Assembly: GCA_963742735.1 (NCBI GenBank)
Contig: CAVUMN010000003.1
Coordinates: 256,001-320,000 of the forward strand
Direction of reading: 5' to 3'
From: an uncultured Actinomycetes bacterium
GTDB taxonomy: Bacteria; Actinomycetota; UBA4738; JBBDTT01
DNA: 64,000 bases
The notes under the pieces are model-generated. The model did no database searches, was not told where the DNA came from, and was given only the letters and a program-made list of their open reading frames with translations. Shown piece after piece: positions 57,724-64,000 of this stretch. The stretch's first letter is position 1. Each line of letters opens with the position of its first letter. Made by a program: the position numbers and the translations under genes.

Positions 57724-59424
57724 ATGCGCCGAACCCTGAAGCTCTCGATCGCCTTCCTCCTGGCCCTCGCCACGCTCCCCGCCGGAGGGGCGCCGGCGCA
57801 CGCCGCCATCGAGACGCGGCCCGCGGGCCCGTGCCGGTTCACGGCCACCGACATGATGTTCACGTCGTTCGACGGCACGCAGATCGACGCCACCTACTAC
57901 GTCCCGAGCTCAGCCTCGAAACGGCATCCCGAGCCGGCGGTCATGCTCAGCCACGGGTTCGGCGGCTGGCATCGCGGTGAGGGCGACCGGGCGGACCAGC
58001 GGATGCTCGCGTCCCACTGCTACGTGGTCCTCGGGTGGACCGAACGGGGCTTCGGCAACTCCGGCGGCGAGGTCCACCTGCTCTCCCCCGACTACGAGGT
58101 GCGCGACGCACAGGGGCTGGTCGACTGGCTGGCGAGGCGGCCCGAGGTCCTGAAGGACCGCAAGGGCGACCCGCGCGTGGGGATGTTCGGCGGGTCCTAC
58201 GGCGGCGGCATCCAGACCCTCCTGGCGACCCACGATCGCCGGATCGACGCGATCACTCCGCAGGTGACCTGGAACGACCTGCGGTACTCGCTATACCCGA
58301 ACGGCGCGATCAAGCACGGATGGATCAACCTCCTGTTCGCGTCCGGGACGGCCAGTAGCCTCTGCGGGGCCGACTACACGGCGCCCGAGTGCAACGCGGT
58401 CCCGCCGGGCGTGACCTCGGAGCTCGTCCAGCACTACCTGACGTCCACCGTGCTGAACGGCGACTTCGACGGCTCGACCCAGGCCTGGCTTGCGGAGCGG
58501 TCCCCGGTCACGTACGCGGAGAACTGGAAGGTGCCCACGCTGTTCGTGCAGGGGATCGGCGACACCCTGTTCACGCTGAACGAGGCCATCCGCAGCTACC
58601 AGATCGTCCGCCACAACAGGGCGCCGGCCAAGATGATCTTCTTCTCCGGCGGTCACGGGCAGATCGACGACCCCGGCCAGCGGCGCTACATCAACGACCG
58701 GGTGCTCGATTGGTTCCTCCGCCACCTGCGCAAGGATCGCCGCGCCTCCACCGGACCCGCGGTCGAGGTGTACGCGGGCTGGTTGGGCGCGAAGAAGGCG
58801 GCCCGGCGCTTCATTCCGTTCACGGGATGGCCGGTCAGCAAGCCCATCCGCTTCGAGCTGACAACGATCGGCGGCGCGCCGGCTCCGGTGCCCGTCCCCG
58901 GCCTGAGCGCGGTGCCGATCGTCAACAGCGTGGCTCCCACCAGCTACTCCGAGGTGCCGAACTTCCAGTCGGGAGGCGGGCCGAACTCGCCGATCCAGGC
59001 CAGCGACGCCGCGGAACCCCTGACGGCGGCCTCGTTCGAGACCGCGGCGCTCGAGGACGACCTCGCCATGATCGGGTCGCCGCAGGTGCACTTCACGCTG
59101 ACCTCGACCGCGGGCGAGGCGATCGTGTTCTGGAAGATCTACGACGAGGCGCCGGACGGCACGCGGGTCCTCGTCCACAACCTGGTCACGCCGATTCGCG
59201 TGGTGGGCGCGGGTACGTGGCCGGCCACCGAGCCCATCACCACGCCTGTCGAGATCCTGTTGTCGTTCCAGTCGATCGTGCATCACTTCGAGCCGGGCCA
59301 CCGGATCGTCCTGACGGTGTCGACCACCGACACGGCGCACTACGCCAGCCGGATCCCGGCCGTCTACGGGATCGGCGCGGCTCCCGGCGCGGACGGCCTG
59401 CTGACGCTTCCGGTCGCGGGCTAG
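57724..59424 (+). CDS. Secreted CocE/NonD (peptidase S15-like) hydrolase
   Basis: Signal peptide; SFDGT.I, HGFGG, RGFG.SGG, GGSYGGG, QG..DTLF, C-terminal H.F.PGHRI.L. Confidence 0.88.
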   Translation: MRRTLKLSIAFLLALATLPAGGAPAHAAIETRPAGPCRFTATDMMFTSFDGTQIDATYYVPSSASKRHPEPAVMLSHGFGGWHRGEGDRADQRMLASHCYVVLGWTERGFGNSGGEVHLLSPDYEVRDAQGLVDWLARRPEVLKDRKGDPRVGMFGGSYGGGIQTLLATHDRRIDAITPQVTWNDLRYSLYPNGAIKHGWINLLFASGTASSLCGADYTAPECNAVPPGVTSELVQHYLTSTVLNGDFDGSTQAWLAERSPVTYAENWKVPTLFVQGIGDTLFTLNEAIRSYQIVRHNRAPAKMIFFSGGHGQIDDPGQRRYINDRVLDWFLRHLRKDRRASTGPAVEVYAGWLGAKKAARRFIPFTGWPVSKPIRFELTTIGGAPAPVPVPGLSAVPIVNSVAPTSYSEVPNFQSGGGPNSPIQASDAAEPLTAASFETAALEDDLAMIGSPQVHFTLTSTAGEAIVFWKIYDEAPDGTRVLVHNLVTPIRVVGAGTWPATEPITTPVEILLSFQSIVHHFEPGHRIVLTVSTTDTAHYASRIPAVYGIGAAPGADGLLTLPVAG

Positions 59425-59445
59425 CTCCGCGGGTACCCTCCGTGG

Positions 59446-59712
59446 ATGTCTCCCCGTCGCCATCGGGCGGGACGGGAGCGCCCCGGCCCGCCGCTGCCCC
59501 GGTCCTCGCCGTCGCAGGTCCCGTCCTGGGCGGTCCTGCCGGGCGTGGAGGTGCGCGCGGTGGCCGGCGACAAGCCGTACCGCTGCCCCGGGTGCCAGGG
59601 CGTGATCCCGCCGGGCACGCCGCACCTGGTGATCGTGCCCGCGGATGCTCCCGAGGACCGGCGGCACTGGCACACGCCCTGCTGGCGGCGCGAGCTCAAC
59701 CGGCGGCGGTAG
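59446..59712 (+). CDS. Small conserved actinobacterial zinc-finger-like protein
   Basis: KPYRCPGCQGVIPPGTPHLV...DRRHWHTPCW (C-x2-C...H-x2-C). Confidence 0.75.
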   Translation: MSPRRHRAGRERPGPPLPRSSPSQVPSWAVLPGVEVRAVAGDKPYRCPGCQGVIPPGTPHLVIVPADAPEDRRHWHTPCWRRELNRRR

Positions 59713-59728
59713 GCCGTAGGATCGCGCG

Positions 59729-60094
59729 ATGCTCCGGGCCGAGCTGTGGGAGGACCCCCCAGGACGTTGGAACGGCCGCCTGTCGAGCGACCCTCCTAAG
59801 ATCGTCACCGCCGGATCGCGGGCCGAGTGCCTGGACCGGCTGCTGGACTCGGCCGGGGGCGATCCCGATGCCGCCGTGGTGGTCGAGGAGCGGCCCAGGC
59901 TGGTGGGCGTGGCGGAGGCGGCCGCCATCCTCGGCTGGGACAAGCGCCGGGTGATCACGTACGTGGATCGGGGCCGCTTCCCCGAGCCGCTCGCCCGCCT
60001 CGCCGGGGGGCGGGTGTGGCGCCGCGAGGACGTTCAGGCCTGGGCCGACGCCTGGAAGACCCGGCGGACGAAACGAAAGGGGCCCGGTCCCTAG
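59729..60094 (+). CDS. DNA-binding protein: HicB-like N-terminus plus AlpA/excisionase-type HTH
   Basis: LVGVAEAAAILGW...V...GRFPEP.A.LAGGRVW...DV..W; leaderless TAGGAT-N6-ATG. Confidence 0.65.
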   Translation: MLRAELWEDPPGRWNGRLSSDPPKIVTAGSRAECLDRLLDSAGGDPDAAVVVEERPRLVGVAEAAAILGWDKRRVITYVDRGRFPEPLARLAGGRVWRREDVQAWADAWKTRRTKRKGPGP

Positions 60095-60109
60095 GACCGG
60101 GCCCTCTCG
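60074..60109. terminator. Bidirectional terminator-like hairpin
   Basis: GGGCCCGGTCC-cta-GGACCGGGCCC between convergent genes. Confidence 0.7.
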
Positions 60110-60126
60110 TTTGGGCGGGTGCCTCG

Positions 60127-60456
60127 TTAGGCGGCCCGATGCATCCGCGACTCGATCTCGGTCGCCTCGTCGGCAGAGCGCCGCGCGTAGGACCCGATCA
60201 GGCCGAGGAACTCGTGCCAGAGGGTGGCCAGTCCGGCCAGCGTGAGACCGGTCATGACCACGTGCACCCACTCGGCCCGCAGAGCTACGCCCCAGGCCGC
60301 GAAGGGGGAGTAGTCGGCGACGAACGCCGCCACGATCCCCAGCACGATCGTCAGGAGCGTCCGAACCCCCTTGGAGAGGTCCGAGGACTCCGTGAACAGA
60401 TCGACAACCTTCGCGATCGCGAGACCGAGCAAAACCACTGTGGCGAACACGTACAT
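60127..60456 (-). CDS. Small 3-TM hypothetical membrane protein
   Basis: AAAGGAGG SD; three hydrophobic helices and a charged C-terminal tail. Confidence 0.7.
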   Translation of the reverse strand: MYVFATVVLLGLAIAKVVDLFTESSDLSKGVRTLLTIVLGIVAAFVADYSPFAAWGVALRAEWVHVVMTGLTLAGLATLWHEFLGLIGSYARRSADEATEIESRMHRAA

Positions 60457-60619
60457 GTGCCCACCTCCTTTCATCACGGTTTGACCCGCCGATGGGCTCC
60501 CGGGTTACCGCCGTGGGCTCGAATGGATGACCGGCGGTCAGTGGGCGCATCGCGGTCCGGCTATACTTCCGCGGTCCGAGAAGGCCGCGGGATGCGTCCC
60601 GCCCGAAAGGAGGCTCCAC

Positions 60620-61003
60620 GTGGGTTTGAAGTTCCTGTCGGAGGAGTGGGTCAGCGCCGTCAAGGAGGCCCTGGGGAACAACGAGGCGTTCAAGAACGCC
60701 GCGGGCTCCCAGAGCGCGACGATCCAGCAGGTCGTCAACACTCCTGAGGGCGACGTCAAGTACTACGTCAAGCTGGACGGCGGCAACCTCGAGCTCGCGC
60801 TCGGCGAGGTCGAGGGCGCGGACGCCACGATCACCCAGGATTACGACACGGCGGTCGCGCTGTCCAAGAACGAGCTCACGGGTACCGCCGCGTACATGAG
60901 CGGCAAGCTCAAGGTGTCCGGCGACCTCATGAAGCTGATGGCCATGCAGGGCGCGTTCAACCAGCTCCCCGCCGCCACGGCCAGCCTGGAAGTCGACTAC
61001 TAG
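60620..61003 (+). CDS. SCP2 sterol-binding domain protein
   Basis: AAAGGAGG SD; KFLSEEW, AYMSGKLKVSGDLMKLM. Confidence 0.9.
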   Translation: MGLKFLSEEWVSAVKEALGNNEAFKNAAGSQSATIQQVVNTPEGDVKYYVKLDGGNLELALGEVEGADATITQDYDTAVALSKNELTGTAAYMSGKLKVSGDLMKLMAMQGAFNQLPAATASLEVDY

Positions 61004-61023
61004 GCCGAACGAGAGCAGCGATC

Positions 61024-61049
61024 ACGGCCGGGCCCTCGGGCCCGGCCGT
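61024..61049. terminator. Terminator-like hairpin between convergent genes
   Basis: ACGGCCGGGCC-ctcg-GGCCCGGCCGT followed by TT. Confidence 0.65.
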
Positions 61050-61057
61050 TTCGCTTC

Positions 61058-61504
61058 CTAGAAGGCTCCGGGAGCCGGAAGGATGATGAACGTCGCCGAC
61101 GCGCGGGACAGCAGCTTCTCCTCGCCGTCGTAGACCTCGGCCTCGCCGTAGCCCATCCGCTGGCCGGTGTGCAGGGCCCGGCCGCGGGCGATGACCCGCC
61201 CACCCTTCGTCGAGGCCAGGAAGTGGACGTTCAGCTGGGCGGTCCGGTGGGTGAGCCCCGCGCGCAGCCGGGACCGCAGGGCCAGGCCGATCGCCGTGTC
61301 GGCCATCAGCGAGATCACCCCGCCGTGGACGATCCCCTGGGGGTTGAAGTGCTGGGGTTGGAGGTCGAGCACGAGCTCGGAGGTGCCGTCGGCCACGTTG
61401 CCGACGCTGATCCCGACCCACCCGTGGAAGGCCGAGCGGTCGATCCGTTCGCGAAGCTCGGTGAGGTACTGCTCGTCCAGCCCCGAACCGGTGTCCTCGT
61501 CCAT
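61058..61504 (-). CDS. PaaI family thioesterase
   Basis: NPQGIVHGGVISLMADTAIG, TAQLNVHFL. Confidence 0.9.
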   Translation of the reverse strand: MDEDTGSGLDEQYLTELRERIDRSAFHGWVGISVGNVADGTSELVLDLQPQHFNPQGIVHGGVISLMADTAIGLALRSRLRAGLTHRTAQLNVHFLASTKGGRVIARGRALHTGQRMGYGEAEVYDGEEKLLSRASATFIILPAPGAF

Positions 61505-61525
61505 GCGCTCTCCCTCGTCGGTCCG

Positions 61526-62824
61526 TTAGATGTAGCCGCGGAGCTGTTCCGCACGGTCGACCTTCTCCACCGCGATCGCGTAGGCCGACAGCCGCAGTGG
61601 GATGCCGTCCACGGCCGAGCGCGCGTGGACCTCCTTCCATGACCGAGCCATCGTCTTGTGGAGCTCGTCGTTCACCTTCGTCTCGTCCCAGCGGAACTGC
61701 TGGATGTTCTGGACCCACTCGAAGTACGAGACCGTGACCCCGCCGGCGTTGGCGAGGATGTCGGGGATGACCACGACGCCGCGGTCCTCGAGCACCGCGT
61801 CCGCCGCGGGGGTGACCGGGTGGTTCGCGGCCTCCACCAAGACTCGGGCCCTGATCCGATCGGCGTTGCGTTCGTTGACGACACGGTCGAGGGCGGCCGG
61901 GATCAGCACGTCGACCTCCAGCTCGAGCAGCTCGGGGTTCGTGATCGCGTCGGCCCCGGGGAACCCGCCCACCGAGCGCGTCCCGCGCACGTGGTCGTAC
62001 AGGGCCTGCACGTCGAGACCCTCCCGGTTGTAGATGCCGCCCCCGACGTCGGAGACCGCCACAACCCGTACCCCGAGCGACCCGATCAGGCGCGCCGCCC
62101 AGGAGCCGACGTTGCCGAATCCCTGGATGGCCACGGTGGCCCCGGCCAGGTCGATGTCCAGGTCCCGGGCGGCCTCGCCGAGGACGTCCACCACGCCGCG
62201 ACCCGTCGCCGCGTCGCGTCCGTACGATCCCCCGAGCTCGATGGGTTTCCCGGTGACGATGGCTGGCGTGTATCCGTACCGGGACGAGTAGGCGTCCATC
62301 ATCCAGGCCATGGTCTGCGCGTCGGTGTTCACGTCGGGAGCGGGGATGTCCCGGTTCACGCCGAGGATGTAGGAGATCATCGTCGTGAACCGCCGCGTCA
62401 GTCGCTGCTTCTCCCCGTCACTCATGATCGTCGGCTCGCACTGCACCCCGCCCTTCGCCCCTCCGTAGGGGATGTCCACGACGGCCGTCTTCCAGGTCAT
62501 CAACGCGGCGAGGGCGCGGACCTCGTCGATGTCCGCGTCCGGGTGATACCGGATCCCGCCCTTGTACGGGCCACGCGCCGCGTTGTGCTGGACGCGGTAG
62601 CCGCTGAACACCATCAGCCGGCCGTCGTCCATGCGGACGGGGACCTGCACGGTGAGCTCCCGATACGAGCTGCGGAGGATGTCGCGCATCTCGTCGGAGA
62701 GGTGGATGTGGTCGGCGGCGCGGTCGAAGAAGTGGTTGACCGCCTCGTGCGGGTTCATCTCCTGGGTCGCTGAAAGAGGCTTCGCGCGGGGCGGCGGGTC
62801 GGTCGGGCGAGACTCGGTCTGCAC
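61526..62824 (-). CDS. gdhA: Glu/Leu/Phe/Val dehydrogenase (glutamate dehydrogenase)
   Basis: RVQHN.ARGPYKGGIRY, MTWK, GGAKGG, DIPAPD, TGKP, QGFGNVG, NAGGVTVSYFEW. Confidence 0.92.
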   Translation of the reverse strand: MQTESRPTDPPPRAKPLSATQEMNPHEAVNHFFDRAADHIHLSDEMRDILRSSYRELTVQVPVRMDDGRLMVFSGYRVQHNAARGPYKGGIRYHPDADIDEVRALAALMTWKTAVVDIPYGGAKGGVQCEPTIMSDGEKQRLTRRFTTMISYILGVNRDIPAPDVNTDAQTMAWMMDAYSSRYGYTPAIVTGKPIELGGSYGRDAATGRGVVDVLGEAARDLDIDLAGATVAIQGFGNVGSWAARLIGSLGVRVVAVSDVGGGIYNREGLDVQALYDHVRGTRSVGGFPGADAITNPELLELEVDVLIPAALDRVVNERNADRIRARVLVEAANHPVTPAADAVLEDRGVVVIPDILANAGGVTVSYFEWVQNIQQFRWDETKVNDELHKTMARSWKEVHARSAVDGIPLRLSAYAIAVEKVDRAEQLRGYI

Positions 62825-62860
62825 GGTGACGGGGAGCGTACGCCGGTGGGCTGGGCCGCG

Positions 62861-63484
62861 CTACGGCTCGGTTCCGTACAGGCGGTCCCCGAAGTCGCCG
62901 AGCCCTGGCAGGATGTAGCCGACGTCGTTGAGCTCCCGGTCGAGCCCCGCGGCGAACACACGAACGTCGGGGTGGTCCCGTTCCAAACGGGCGACCCCTT
63001 CGGGGGCGGCCACCACGCAGATCAGTCTGACCTCGGCCGGCCCCTGGCCCTTGATGCTCGCGATCGCGCGGGCGGCGGACCCCCCGGTCGCGAGCATGGG
63101 GTCCAGGAGCAGGACCCGCTTCCCCGCCACCGGCGGGAGCTTCTCGTAGTACGAGGCGGGCTCCAGCGTGGCGTGATCCCGCTCGAGGCCGATGTAGCCG
63201 ACGGAGACCTCGGGCAGAAGGTCCACCACGGCCTCGAGCATCCCCAGGCCGGCCCGCAGGATCGGCACCGCGACCAGGTCGTCCGGCATCGCCGCGCCCG
63301 GCGTGCGCTCCAGCGGCGTCTCGACCTCGCGCGCGACGGCGGGCACGTCCCGCACCGCCTCCAGGAGCAGCGCGAACGCGAGCCGTTTGGTCAGCGAGCG
63401 GAACTGCGCCGGCGGCGTCCCTCGGTCCCGCAGCTCCGTGAGCAGATGGGTGACCAGGGGGTGATCGACGAGCGTGAACGGCAT
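62861..63484 (-). CDS. upp: Uracil phosphoribosyltransferase
   Basis: HPLV.H.L, VPILRAGLGM, LDPMLATGGS, YILPGLGDFGDRLYGT. Confidence 0.97.
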   Translation of the reverse strand: MPFTLVDHPLVTHLLTELRDRGTPPAQFRSLTKRLAFALLLEAVRDVPAVAREVETPLERTPGAAMPDDLVAVPILRAGLGMLEAVVDLLPEVSVGYIGLERDHATLEPASYYEKLPPVAGKRVLLLDPMLATGGSAARAIASIKGQGPAEVRLICVVAAPEGVARLERDHPDVRVFAAGLDRELNDVGYILPGLGDFGDRLYGTEP

Positions 63485-64000
63485 CTAGAGGGTCCCGCCC
63501 CCGCCCTCGTAGGCCTTGCCGGCGGCGGCCGGTGGCTGGACCCGCCCGACGAACCCGGCGATGGCGATGATCGTCACGACGTAGGGGATCATTCGGATGA
63601 ACTGCTCGGGGAGCAGTGAGATCACCGGCGCGTCGTTCAGTCGCAGCGGGATGGCCTGGGCGAAGCCGAACAGGATGGCGCCCAGCATCAGCCTCCACGG
63701 CTTCCAGTTGCCGAGGATCAGCGCCGCCAGGGCGATGAACCCGAGCCCCTGCGTCTGGCCCTCCTGGAACGACTGGTTGACCTCGATCGCCATGAAGGCG
63801 CCGGCCAGTCCGGCGAGGGTTCCCGAGATCGCGACGCCCGCGTACCGCAACGGCGCGACGCGCACGCCCAGCGTCCGCGCGGCGTCCGGGTTCTCACCGG
63901 CGGATCGGAGCCTCAGGCCGAACCGTGTGCGGTTCAACACCAGGATCGCCGGCACCGTGATGACGACGGCGAGCAGCACCACCGGGGACATGCCCTGGAA
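63485..64000 (-). CDS. ABC transporter permease (nucleoside/simple sugar type), 5' truncated by window edge
   Basis: TRFGLRLRSAGENP.AA.TLG, GFIALAALILGNW.P, IPY..T, P.A.GK.Y. Confidence 0.9.
   Translation of the reverse strand, partial: FQGMSPVVLLAVVITVPAILVLNRTRFGLRLRSAGENPDAARTLGVRVAPLRYAGVAISGTLAGLAGAFMAIEVNQSFQEGQTQGLGFIALAALILGNWKPWRLMLGAILFGFAQAIPLRLNDAPVISLLPEQFIRMIPYVVTIIAIAGFVGRVQPPAAAGKAYEGGGGTL

Overview
High-GC (roughly 70% by eye) chromosomal segment, most likely from an Actinomycetota genome (inferred from F420-type LLM oxidoreductases, DUF5319, an amt-glnK-glnD operon with GlnR boxes, mycobacterial-order LigD plus Ku, and many leaderless starts). It holds about 60 densely packed CDSs, mostly metabolic or housekeeping. 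I saw no rRNA, tRNA, CRISPR array, integrase or transposase. The stand-out feature is a tandem array of four secreted beta-propeller proteins (9056-14678). They carry different passengers (three TolB/PD40-type, one delta-60-type) but share a ~125-aa, two-Cys, Ig-like C-terminal domain ending GRNRNxFEV[IV]-stop, a candidate undescribed surface-anchoring or sorting module. Other points of interest: a collapsed Rhs/WapA-type gene fused to a lower-GC immunity-like ORF (1897-3230); sigma28-like promoters before three exported-protein genes; a glnK-glnD junction with no canonical start codon and two strong hairpins; and a TusA-DsrE-gpsA-glpX operon. The stretch from ~38.2 to 45.6 kb has many single-base frameshifts that look like long-read consensus errors rather than real pseudogenes. 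All product calls come from recognising motifs by eye; no database searches were run.
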